A DNA stretch of 64,000 bases from an uncultured Gemmatimonadales bacterium (GCA_963821525.1 CAWGED010000014.1:1-64000), one strand, 5' to 3'; positions 1-8,246 are shown, counted from the first letter of the stretch. Notes: generated by a model from the sequence alone, not told the origin. Made by a program: numbers and translations.

Positions 1-3
1 AGC

Positions 4-77
4 GCAGCGAGGGAGCGGGAAGGCGGAATGCTCTGCCCAGAAAGCAGCGAGGGAGCAGAATGGCGGAATGGCGGAAG
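4..77. repeat. Degenerate direct repeat with 40-bp period (GCAGCGAGGGAGC...GGCGGAATG)
   Basis: 4-30 gcagcgagggagcgggaaggcggaatg versus 44-70 gcagcgagggagcagaatggcggaatg. The window start (agcgcagcgaggga) resembles the reverse complement of the element at 4554-4582. Confidence 0.6.
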
Positions 78-146
78 TGAAGTCTCCCAAAGACGTGTAC
101 GCAAAAATCAAGGACACATCATCTGAACTTGGAGTTGGCGGACGCA

Positions 147-195
147 TCCCCACTCCCCACTCCCCACAACCCACTCCCTACTCCCTACTCCCTAA
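147..195. repeat. Heptamer tandem array (TCCCCAC/TCCCTAC) x7
   Basis: tccccac x3, aacccac, tccctac x2, tccctaa; lies just 3' of the MFS gene. Confidence 0.9.
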
Positions 196-217
196 TCTGC
201 CCGACCGCTCGAACGCC

Positions 218-2005
218 TCATTTCTGGTTCCCCACGAAGATGGCGCCGTTGAGTTCCCCCGCGTCGGTGGTCAGCGGCGCATAGTGCGTCTGGTAGTTGC
301 GACCGAAGATCGTGGCTTCACCGACGTACGAGCGCTTCTGCATCAACGCCTGATAGCTGGGGTGCCCGCGATCGAGCGTGGTATTGACGGCGGACTTGCC
401 CTCAGAGGTCAGCAGGGTGGTCTGCACCCGGATGAAGTCCTGGCCGTTGAAGCCGAAGATCGTCACCGTCCTCATCCGGTTGCGGGCATTGATGACGTAG
501 ATGGTCATCATGATGCTCACCGCGAGCGCGACCACGAAGACACCCGAGAAGATGTGCAGCACCGTCTCGTAGGATCCGGTGGCCTGGTACAGCCGAGCGA
601 CGATCTGCGGCCCGAAGACCCCGGCCATGGCCCAGGAGCTGAGCACGTAGCCGTGGATCGCGCCCAATTCTTTCGTCCCGAACAGGTCGCCGATGTACGC
701 CGGCAGCGTCGCGAAGCCGCCGCCGTAGAAGGTCAGGATCATGTACAGCACCACCTGGAACATCACGATGCTGGTGATGCTGGGCAGGAACCAGAAGGCC
801 ACGATCTGGACCGCGAAGAACAGGGTGTAGGTGTTGGCCCGGCCCAGGTAGTCGGAGAAGGACGCCCACCCGAGGCGGCCCAGGCCGTTGAAGATGGACA
901 TCAGGCCCACCACGCCGGCGGCTTGGGCGGGGGTGAGGCCGATGCTCTCCTGGGCCAGCGGGGAGGCGGTGTAGATGATGCCGATGCCGCAGGAGATGTT
1001 GATGAACATCATCACCCACAGGCCGTAGAACGGCGCTCTTCTGATCGCCGCATTCGCGGCCATCTGCGTGAGATCCGGAATCACCTTCTTCTCCCCAGCG
1101 TCGACGGCGGCCTTCATGCTGGCCGGCATCCACCCCTGGGGCGGTCGCGCGATGTAGCTGGCGGCGCCGAACATGATCACCAGGTACGCCAGGCCCGCGA
1201 ACAGGAAGGCGGCGGAGATGCCCGACGCGACGGCGCTCCTCAACTTCGGCGAGTCCTTGATCTCCCAGAATGGCGCCAGCGCGCTGTTGCTGAGCGCGGC
1301 GTTAAGCTCCACCAGCGTGGGCTCGGCATCCTGGGCCAGCTTCGCCGGCAGCATGCCCAGAACCTCTTCGTTCCGGCCGGCCCTGACCGCGTCGAACAGC
1401 TGGTCGATGCCGTAGCCAGCGGTGGCCTCGTCCTTGACGTGGATGGCCTTCAGGAGATTTCGGCTCGAACTGAGGTTGGAAATCCCGGCCCGAAAGTCGG
1501 CCTCGGCCATCCCCAGCTTGCTGGCCGCGACCTCCGACATGATGTAGTTGTAGACCGGCCCGCCGATGGCAGCGCCGAAACCGAATCCCATGATCGCCAG
1601 CCCAGTCGCCATGCCGCGCCGGTCCGGGAACCACTTCACCAGGGTCGAGACCGGCGTGATGTAGCCGATGCCGAGCCCGATCCCGCCCAGCACCCCGTAG
1701 CCCAGCCAGAGAATCTCGATGACGCCGAGCTTCGCCCCCAGGCTGGCCACGAGGAGGCCGCTGCCCCAGAAGACCGCCGCAACCATGCCCGACTTGCGGG
1801 GACCGTTCCGCTCGACGAACCGTCCCATCACCGCGGCGGACATGCCGAGAAAGAAGATAGCAAGGCTGAAGGTGATGGAAACGTCGCTCTTGGCCCAGCC
1901 GAAGGCGTTTTCGAGCGGCAGGTTGAAGACGCTCCAGGCGTACACCGACCCGATGGAGATATGAATCCCGACGGCCGAGGCGGCGATCAACCAGCGGTTC
2001 TTCAT
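218..2005 (-). CDS. OFA (oxalate:formate antiporter/YhjX-like) family MFS transporter with a ~105-aa loop insertion and a C-terminal Cache_3-Cache_2-like domain
   Basis: OFA motifs NRWLIAASAVGIHISIGSVYAWSVF, GYITPVSTLVKWFPDRRGMATG and YGGGFATLPAYIGDLFG. The C-terminal TIF..DFIRVQTT..G..A..TTLD..HP.Y..L...Y.GEATIFGRNY.T.Y.P....GAIFVG is a Cache pattern. GGAGG RBS precedes the ATG at 2005. Confidence 0.9.
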   Translation of the reverse strand: MKNRWLIAASAVGIHISIGSVYAWSVFNLPLENAFGWAKSDVSITFSLAIFFLGMSAAVMGRFVERNGPRKSGMVAAVFWGSGLLVASLGAKLGVIEILWLGYGVLGGIGLGIGYITPVSTLVKWFPDRRGMATGLAIMGFGFGAAIGGPVYNYIMSEVAASKLGMAEADFRAGISNLSSSRNLLKAIHVKDEATAGYGIDQLFDAVRAGRNEEVLGMLPAKLAQDAEPTLVELNAALSNSALAPFWEIKDSPKLRSAVASGISAAFLFAGLAYLVIMFGAASYIARPPQGWMPASMKAAVDAGEKKVIPDLTQMAANAAIRRAPFYGLWVMMFINISCGIGIIYTASPLAQESIGLTPAQAAGVVGLMSIFNGLGRLGWASFSDYLGRANTYTLFFAVQIVAFWFLPSITSIVMFQVVLYMILTFYGGGFATLPAYIGDLFGTKELGAIHGYVLSSWAMAGVFGPQIVARLYQATGSYETVLHIFSGVFVVALAVSIMMTIYVINARNRMRTVTIFGFNGQDFIRVQTTLLTSEGKSAVNTTLDRGHPSYQALMQKRSYVGEATIFGRNYQTHYAPLTTDAGELNGAIFVGNQK

Positions 2006-2504
2006 GTCAGCCTCCATTCATGCCAGATCATGGCTGTGCCAAGGTTCAGGCCCTGATGGGCAGGGTGCCACATCGGGAGGCTGCGATCAAATAGACTGCT
2101 GCCGTCGCCCGTAGCCGGGCTGCAGTCGGATGAGGATGGGTCGGGACCGGTACAGCAGCGCGCCCGGAAGCCGGCGCGTCTTGGAGTGGTTCACTGCAAG
2201 GCAGGGATGAACATAAGGGAATCCCACTGGTTGGATAGGGGGGCGCGTGCGTGGCCATCGTGGGCGCGCATCAGCGATGGCGCTCCCAAGCAACTCGCAG
2301 CATACGAATCTCGTGGGAGACATCGGCGGCGGCGTTAAGACGCTGTGAATCTCCGATCATCATAGAGACCTGCTGGTCACATACATGTTCACACCAATGT
2401 GACCCCGTGATTAGAGGACCTCTGAATAGCTGTCGGGCGTGGCGCTAGTCGACGCCATCCTCCGGCGGTGGCCTGCGAGGCGGAAACGAATCAGTGATTG
2501 TGGC

Positions 2505-2680
2505 GGGGCGCACGACCTTCGACGCTCCGCTGTGCGCAACCTGGTCAACGCTGGCGTCCCTGAGTTGACAGCCATGAAGCTGACTGGCGACAAGACCCGT
2601 GCGGTGTTCGATCGTACAACATCGTCTCGCCGGCAGAGACCGCGGGGGCGGTGGCGAAGCTCGCGAGTTATCTTGAGGCG
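2505..2680 (+). pseudogene. Tyrosine recombinase/integrase C-terminal relic
   Basis: [35 protein letters not shown]; a 1-nt shift restores FDRYNIV. The expected TGHK reads TGDK, and there is no N-terminal part. Confidence 0.85.
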
Positions 2681-2782
2681 CAGGAATGCCACAAAACGGG
2701 CACAATCCGCCCGACTAGGACTCCAACCACACCAACAGAGGAAGTATCGAAGTCGCAGTAGTAGTGGAAGTTGCAGGACCAC

Positions 2783-2868
2783 GCTCGGGTGGCGAAACTG
2801 GCAAACGCATGGGACTTAAAATCCCAAGAGGCGAAATCCTCATGTGGGTTCGATCCCCACCCCGAGCA
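2783..2868 (+). tRNA. tRNA-Leu (anticodon TAA)
   Basis: GCTCGGG/CCCGAGC acceptor stem, D arm with GGCAAACGC, anticodon arm GGGA-CTTAAAA-TCCC, long variable arm, T loop GTTCGAT; CCA not encoded. Confidence 0.95.
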
Positions 2869-2880
2869 TTTTCCCCAGTC

Positions 2881-2921
2881 GCCGGCTAAAGCCGCCACTC
2901 GGCTCGTGTCGCTAAAGCGAC
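2881..2921. repeat. Two REP-like mini-hairpins with TAAA loops
   Basis: CGGC-TAAA-GCCG(CCACTC) and GTCGC-TAAA-GCGAC; a sister copy lies at 3963-3981. Confidence 0.55.
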
Positions 2922-2952
2922 GAACTGCCCTCGAAACCGAATTGCCACTTTA

Positions 2953-3013
2953 TCCGCCGGTCCGCCCTGTCCGCCCTGTCCGCCCTGTCCGCCTTGTCCG
3001 CCGCTTTCGCCCC
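2953..3013. repeat. 9-mer tandem array (TCCGCCCTG)n
   Basis: tccgccgg, tccgccctg x3, tccgccttg, tccgccgct. Confidence 0.9.
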
Positions 3014-3163
3014 CAGGCCGTGAAGAGAGTTTCACCGGAGTTTAACCACCGCGACAGGTGGGCTCACCTAGGATCAGGGGCCCGAGTGTGCTTGTGCGCC
3101 CGGTGTCAGGATCAGTCGATGAGAGGTAGATCGCCGCTCGCTGAGGGTGAAGAGGATACAACA

Positions 3164-3928
3164 ATGCGCAAACTAGCCATGATGGCCATGTGGCTCCTGC
3201 TCGTGACCGGGCGTTCAGGCCTGGCACAGGACTCGACCACGGCCGTGGACTCCCAGGCAGTCCGCATGATGCCCATGATGTGGATGCATCTCGACTCCGT
3301 AGCCACCTGGTCGCCCGAACAGATAAAGAAAATGATGCCGCAACACCAGCAGATGGTGACCCGGATGATGCAGAGTGGGCCGGGACACATGATGGGCCCG
3401 GGAATGATGGGTGGCCCCGGCATGATGGGGACGAGTCCCTATGTGACGGCTCTACGCGATTCGGTGGAACGTGATCTCGCCGCTCTTCCGGGCCTCTCTG
3501 GAAATGAGCTCAAGTCCCGGATGCAGGGCCACGTGGATCGGCTGCGCCGTCTGATGGTCGTGCGGATGGGGATGATGGGCGGCGGAGGCTGGGCGGGTAT
3601 GCCCGGCGGATGTGTGATGGTCGATTCGCTCGGACACATGTCATCGGCTCAGCGACAGCGGATCTGGCCGATGCACGCGCGGATGTCGGGGCAGATGATG
3701 GATGCGATGATGGCAAACATGCAGGCCGTGGGAACCCCACCCGATTCGGCCTGGCTGGCGCTCCGCGACTCAGTACGCGCCGACATGACGCAGTTGCCCC
3801 AGCTCCAGGGCGATAGCCTGCGTACCCTCATGCTGGCGCATCAAGGGCGGATGCAGCGCTTGATGGGCCAGCATGTGCAGCGGATGGGGATGCACATGGG
3901 ACCGATGAGGATGGCTTGCCCGATGTAG
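3164..3928 (+). CDS. Met/His-rich secreted protein with a two-fold internal repeat (putative soft-metal-binding protein)
   Basis: GAGGA RBS; signal peptide MRKLAMMAMWLLLVTGRSGLA|Q; about 45 Met in 254 aa; repeated ALRDSV..D...LP.L.G..L...M..H..R..RLM. Confidence 0.8.
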   Translation: MRKLAMMAMWLLLVTGRSGLAQDSTTAVDSQAVRMMPMMWMHLDSVATWSPEQIKKMMPQHQQMVTRMMQSGPGHMMGPGMMGGPGMMGTSPYVTALRDSVERDLAALPGLSGNELKSRMQGHVDRLRRLMVVRMGMMGGGGWAGMPGGCVMVDSLGHMSSAQRQRIWPMHARMSGQMMDAMMANMQAVGTPPDSAWLALRDSVRADMTQLPQLQGDSLRTLMLAHQGRMQRLMGQHVQRMGMHMGPMRMACPM

Positions 3929-3962
3929 CCTAAAGGGAATTTCGCGGCTGAGGCCGAATTCA

Positions 3963-4070
3963 GCGGCTGAAGCCGCGACTCGCCCGGTCCGCCGGGTCCG
4001 TCCGATTCGCCCGTCCGCCGATCTGCCTTGTCCGCCGGTCCGCCTTGTCCGCCCTGACCGTCCTGTTCGC
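3963..4070. repeat. REP-like hairpin (GCGGC-TGAA-GCCGC-GACTC) followed by a degenerate (TCCGCC-NNN)n array
   Basis: Same unit and orientation as 2881-3013. Confidence 0.8.
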
Positions 4071-4074
4071 AGCC

Positions 4075-4516
4075 TTAAGTCTTGTCTCTCACCTCCCACA
4101 GCACATTCAGAATCACCCACCGACCGTTCCACTTCACCAGGTGCAGGTAGTCGATCCAGCCCGGACATGTCGACCCGCACGCTCGCGGCCTTCTGAAAGA
4201 CGTCGAGGATCTTCACATCCTTGCGCTGCTTGTCGACCGGGGTGGACTTGCCGCCGCCTGAGCGTGCGCCGTGGATCAGCTCCGTCGCCCCCATGCTGCG
4301 GATCCAGGTGGCCCCGGTCGAGTCACTGAACTGGACCCGCTTCGCCAGCTCCGGATGGAGTGCCCGCGCCATGCGATCGCCGTCGGCGTTATACCAGCCT
4401 TCGGCGTAGTCCAACGCGGCAGCTCGAATGCCCGCGGTATCCGCTGCCGTCTGCGCGGCGAGCGGGGTGGCGAGGAGCGGGACAGCGGCGAGAACGCCGA
4501 GCAAGTGTCGTTTCAT
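4075..4516 (-). CDS. Secreted NTF2-like (Lumazine_bd_2-type) protein; frameshift near 4160
   Basis: Signal peptide; AALDYAEGWYNADGDRMARALHPELAKR; the shifted frame gives WIDYLHLVKWNGRWVILNVLWE. Confidence 0.8.
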
Positions 4517-4553
4517 CTCCGGATCTCCAGGTTGTTCGACGTTTTCAGGCATT

Positions 4554-4582
4554 GAGATTCCCTTGCTGTGCTCGGAATGACA
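4554..4582. repeat. Half of a REP/MITE-like element (GAGATTCCCTTGCTGTGCTCGGAATGACA)
   Basis: Reverse complement TGTCATTCCGAGCACAGCAAGGGAATCTC resembles the widespread TGTCATTCCGAGCGNAGCGAGGAATCT-type repeats. Confidence 0.55.
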
Positions 4583-4597
4583 GCGCTCTTCCGCCGC

Positions 4598-4668
4598 GCC
4601 GAGCCGCCGAGCCGTCGAGCCGCCGAACCGTCGAACCGTCGAGCCGCCGACCGCCGAGCCGCCGAGAC
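4598..4668. repeat. 8-mer tandem array (GYCGARCC) x9
   Basis: gccgagcc gccgagcc gtcgagcc gccgaacc gtcgaacc gtcgagcc gccgacc gccgagcc gccgagac. Confidence 0.9.
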
Positions 4669-4702
4669 AATGGAACTTCCCGACCGGCCCAGCAACACCG
4701 GC

Positions 4703-4736
4703 GGGACTATCTGGCCCTCTCGGGGGACGACTTGGC
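4703..4736 (-). promoter_or_regulatory. Putative LytTR binding direct repeat (21-bp period)
   Basis: GGGACTATCTGGC at 4703 and GGGACGACTTGGC at 4724; the same motif occurs at 6664/6686/6707. Confidence 0.6.
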
Positions 4737-4738
4737 TT

Positions 4739-5503
4739 TCAGCGAAGCAGCGACCGCAATCGCTCGCTGTGGGATCGGCTGGAGGTGAAGCGGGTGCCGT
4801 CCTTCATGGTCACGACGTACTCGCCGTGGAAGTACGGCTCGAGGGATCCGATTCGGTCCACGTTCACGATCACCGAACGGTGGATGCGGACGAAGGTGGT
4901 GGGGTCGAGGCGCGCCTCCAGCGATTTCATGGTCTCCCGCACCAGGTGCGTCTTGCCCCGGGCATGGAGCCGGGCGTAGTTCCCCGCGGCATCGATCCAG
5001 TCCACCTCCTCCGCCCGCACGAAGAACAGCCGCTCACCTTCCCGAACCACGATGCGCACCGGTGCCGGCCGTTCCGCCCGAAGCTGGGCCAACAACGCGC
5101 GCAGCTCCGGTTCTGCTTCCGCCGTTCCCCGGCGATCGAGCCGTTCCCGTACTCGGTGGAGCGCCGCCTGGAATCGTTCCGGTTCGAGCGGCTTCAACAG
5201 ATAGTCCACCGCATTCACTTCGAACGCCTTGAAGGCGTATTCGTCGTATGCGGTGACAAAGACAATCGCGGGGAGGGAATCGGCCGGGAGGGACTGCAGC
5301 ACCGCGAACCCGTCCATCTCGGGCATCTGGACGTCGAGAAAGAGGAGATCTGGAGAGTGGATCGTGATGGCTTCGAGCGCCGCCGCCCCATCGCCGCACT
5401 CGGCGACCAGCTCGAACGCCTGATCTCCCGCGAGGAGACTGCGGATCCTCTCGCGAGCCAGCGGCTCGTCGTCCACCACTACGGCGCGCATGGCCGTCAT
5501 CAC
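4739..5503 (-). CDS. LytTR-family response regulator
   Basis: REC ([22 protein letters not shown]) plus LytTR ([11 protein letters not shown]). Confidence 0.95.
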   Translation of the reverse strand: MMTAMRAVVVDDEPLARERIRSLLAGDQAFELVAECGDGAAALEAITIHSPDLLFLDVQMPEMDGFAVLQSLPADSLPAIVFVTAYDEYAFKAFEVNAVDYLLKPLEPERFQAALHRVRERLDRRGTAEAEPELRALLAQLRAERPAPVRIVVREGERLFFVRAEEVDWIDAAGNYARLHARGKTHLVRETMKSLEARLDPTTFVRIHRSVIVNVDRIGSLEPYFHGEYVVTMKDGTRFTSSRSHSERLRSLLR

Positions 5504-6598
5504 GGTCGCCGGAGCGGGACGACCAGATCCACTCGCAGACCGCCTCCCGGTGCTGGGCTTAGCGTGAGCGCCGCTCGCTCTCCGTAGAGCGCGGCCAGTC
5601 GGCGCCGGGTGTTGCCGAGTCCGATTCCTTCGACCGGGAAATCATTGGAGTGGTCGAGTCCGGAGCCGTCATCGGTAACGCTCAGCTCGAGGTGATCGTC
5701 GTTTCTGGCGGCCGCGATCGTGATTCGCCCTGCTCCCGCGCGTCGCGCGATGCCGTGCTCGATCGCGTTCTCGACCAGAGGCTGGAGCACGAAATGAGGC
5801 ACGAAGACCTCTTCGGCTCCCGGCCCGATCATCTTCTCCACCGTGAGCCGGTCCTGGAAGCGGACCTGCTGGATTGCCACATAGTTGTCGAGCGTCTCCA
5901 GCTCGTCGCCCAGTGGAACCTCCTGGCTCTCCGCTCGACGCAACGTACGTCGCAGGAGGTCGCTCAGCCGAGCCAGCATCCGATCTGCCGCATCGGGATC
6001 GCGATGCAGGAGGGTCGAGATTCCCTGCAGCGTGTTGAACAGAAAATGGGGATGCAGCTGCGCGCCCAGCGCCTCGAGTCTCGCCTCGGCGAGCTGGCCC
6101 TGGAGCAGGGCCGCCTCCTTCTCCCGCTCGCGATAGCGGTAGTAGTAGACAATCGCGTGTATCACTCCGATCAGCGCCCAGAATACCATGCTTTCGATGA
6201 CGAAGCTCTGGCTCACCATCTCGCGGAGCGATGGCATGTGAGACTGGGGCAACAGCAGCTTGATCATCTTGAGGAACAGGGCGTACTTGAGGATCATACA
6301 GAGCGAGACTGAGTACCAGCCAGAGCGGGACAGTCGGCGTCCACCCGCTGCGCTCGATGGGCCACCGCCGCGCCATCCAGATGAAGAGCGGGGTGAAGAT
6401 GGCGCAGGTGTACCAGTCGAGGAGCCGAGAAGTGAGGAGCCACCGCCACTCGATCGGCCGGCCGATCTGTCGGAAGGTGAGCGCCGCCCCGCCCACGCTG
6501 AGCAGCGCCAGCGCGGTCCAGATCGCCCAGATGATGAGGACGCTGCTCCAACTCCAGCGGAGCAGGGGAGGGGTCGAGGCCGGCGGTGCTGGAGGCAT
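5500..6598 (-). CDS. LytS-type membrane sensor histidine kinase; frameshift near 6297
   Basis: [28 protein letters not shown] and GIGLGN; N-terminal transmembrane segments lie in the adjacent frame. Confidence 0.9.
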
Positions 6599-6611
6599 CG
6601 TCCGAAAGGGC

Positions 6612-6643
6612 GTGAGACGTAGGACGTGAGACGTGAGACGTGG
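6612..6643. repeat. Heptamer array (GTGAGAC)n
   Basis: gtgagac gtaggac gtgagac gtgagac gtgg. Confidence 0.8.
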
Positions 6644-6663
6644 CGACGACGTTAGGCTTCGGC

Positions 6664-6719
6664 GGGACGGAAGACAAGATGAGGTGGGACGAAGTGGCCG
6701 TACGGTGGGATGAGGGATT
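6664..6719 (-). promoter_or_regulatory. Putative LytTR binding direct repeats upstream of the kinase
   Basis: GGGACGGAA (6664), GGGACGAAGTGGC (6686) and GGGATGAGG (6707), spaced 22 and 21 bp. Confidence 0.55.
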
Positions 6720-6759
6720 GGGGATTGAGGGAAGGGTACTTGGGCCTGAGCGTGGGGTG

Positions 6760-6812
6760 CTTCCTACTTCCTACTTCCTACTTCCTACTCCCTACTCCCT
6801 ACTCCCTACTAG
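6760..6812. repeat. Heptamer array (CTTCCTA)4(CTCCCTA)3
   Basis: Abuts the pilin stop codon; a G-rich gggatga/gggattg array lies at 6707-6731. Confidence 0.9.
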
Positions 6813-7261
6813 TAGTTCCCACTCGGATCAATCAGCACGTACGTCAAGGTATTCCCAGCCACGAAATACGGCGCGCCCGAGCCGAGGGTCTGAACCATGG
6901 CGTTCATCAAACGCGCGTCGGTCGTCCTCATGCTGATCCCGATCTGGTAGGGGCCGCCGGTGCCCAGGTTGTCCCAGTCGAGCGTGTAGCTCGGGTTGTT
7001 GAACTGAAATCCGGCGGGGAGATACGGGGTCAGCTCGGGCGGCTCCACGCCGGGCCCGACCTCGGCCGGCCACATGTTGTTGTTGTCGGCCTCGTAGTTG
7101 TAGGCCGCCAGCCGTACCGCGACGAATTCGCCCACAATGCGGGAGGTCATCGCGGTCCGCGTCAGGTCGATGTACTTGAGGACGGCGAGACTCGACAGCA
7201 CACCCATGACGACGATCACGACAAGCAACTCGATCATCGTCCAGCCGCGGCGCTTGTCCAT
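6809..7261 (-). CDS. Type IV pilin/pseudopilin (prepilin N-terminal cleavage/methylation domain)
   Basis: KRRG|WTMIELLVVIVVMGVL with E+5. Confidence 0.9.
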   Translation of the reverse strand: MDKRRGWTMIELLVVIVVMGVLSSLAVLKYIDLTRTAMTSRIVGEFVAVRLAAYNYEADNNNMWPAEVGPGVEPPELTPYLPAGFQFNNPSYTLDWDNLGTGGPYQIGISMRTTDARLMNAMVQTLGSGAPYFVAGNTLTYVLIDPSGNY

Positions 7262-7771
7262 CAGCTGGTCCTCCCGCGGACTTTTTCATAGCTGTCCCCG
7301 ACGAAATCGTCGGGTGGCGATGCTGGAATTGTAGGTCAGCTCGATGGCGCCATTCCGCGCCTTGAGCAGGTAGCCTCCGCCCTCGATGCTGTATTCGACG
7401 CCGTTGCCACCCCCGCCCGCTTCCTGGAGGCTGTTCGGCAAGCGGCCATTGGATCGACGGAACTGCTCGACGTGAAGGATCTCGCGATAGATCAGGAGAC
7501 GGAGGCTGGCGTCCTGGATCTCGGGGCTCTCGACTCGCTCCTTGGGGAAGAACCACTCGGGATGCAGAGCGACCGTAAGGCCGCAGGCCAGGAGGATGCC
7601 GAGGGATATCGTCCAGAATCCGATCTTGCGGGCCGGCGTCTGCTCGGGAACATCGCGCCGGGCACGTTTCTGCTGCTGTTCCTCCACCACGTCCTTATAC
7701 GCCTTGACCAGATCCCGCCGGTCATACGGCTCGTTCGAGCCGGGCTTCTTCCTGGGTGGCTGCGAGCTCAT
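7261..7771 (-). CDS. Single-pass membrane protein with a pseudopilin-like C-terminus; probable 3' frameshift
   Basis: ORF 7286-7771 with a TM segment and EQFRRSNGRLPNSL; the alternative frame ends in TGATG coupled to the pilin ATG. Confidence 0.65.
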
Positions 7772-8145
7772 GTGGTCACCATCTCCCCGTCGAGCGCCCG
7801 GCTGATCTGGTCGGGAAAGGCCCGGATGTCGATTGGCTTGGTGATGTACCCGTCGAACCCGGAGTTGATGGCCTTCTCCCGGTCGCCGCTCATCGCGTGA
7901 GCCGTGAGCGCCACGACTCGTACGCTCTTATGCTCGGATTGGCGAAGTTCCTTCAGCAGCGCGTAACCATCCTTCCCTGGAAGTTGAATGTCCATCAAGA
8001 CGAGGGCGGGATGGTTCTGTCCGACGGCCTCCAGCAATCCCTCGCCGCTGGTCAGCGGTACGACCTCATGCTTTCGCAGGGTGAGGAGGGTCCGGAACAG
8101 CTTCATGTTGTCCGGGCTGTCCTCGACAATCAATATTGTGGCCAC
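7768..8145 (-). CDS. Single-domain response regulator (DivK-like)
   Basis: ILIVED, LMDIQLP, ALTAHAMSGDREK, GFDGYITKP. Confidence 0.92.
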   Translation of the reverse strand: MATILIVEDSPDNMKLFRTLLTLRKHEVVPLTSGEGLLEAVGQNHPALVLMDIQLPGKDGYALLKELRQSEHKSVRVVALTAHAMSGDREKAINSGFDGYITKPIDIRAFPDQISRALDGEMVTT

Positions 8146-8153
8146 TGCGCTCC

Positions 8154-8246
8154 GGTCGATGGTCGGTGGTCGATAGTCGCCATGGTCATGGGTCGTAGGT
8201 CATGGGTCAATCCGTTTCCTACCTCCCACGTCCCACGTCCTCACGT
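8154..8246. repeat. Degenerate heptamer arrays (GGTCGAT/GGGTCRT)n and (CCCACGT)n
   Basis: ggtcgat ggtcggt ggtcgat agtcgcc...gggtcgt aggtcat gggtc, then cccacgt cccacgt cctcacgt. Confidence 0.65.

Noticed and set aside
4..77. Possible CRISPR array from the 40-bp periodic repeat
   Set aside because: Only two degenerate units, the period is too short, and no cas genes are present; none of the tandem arrays has unique spacers
68..2056. 662-aa plus-strand ORF, and other long antisense ORFs such as 12410-13759, 33235-34548 and 60572-61924
   Set aside because: Shadow ORFs opposite well-supported genes, expected from high-GC codon bias; no recognisable motifs
2783..2868. bldA-like regulatory role for tRNA-Leu(UAA)
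   Set aside because: TTA codons occur in housekeeping genes (e.g. GCG TTA CCG in cmk), so the tRNA is probably constitutive
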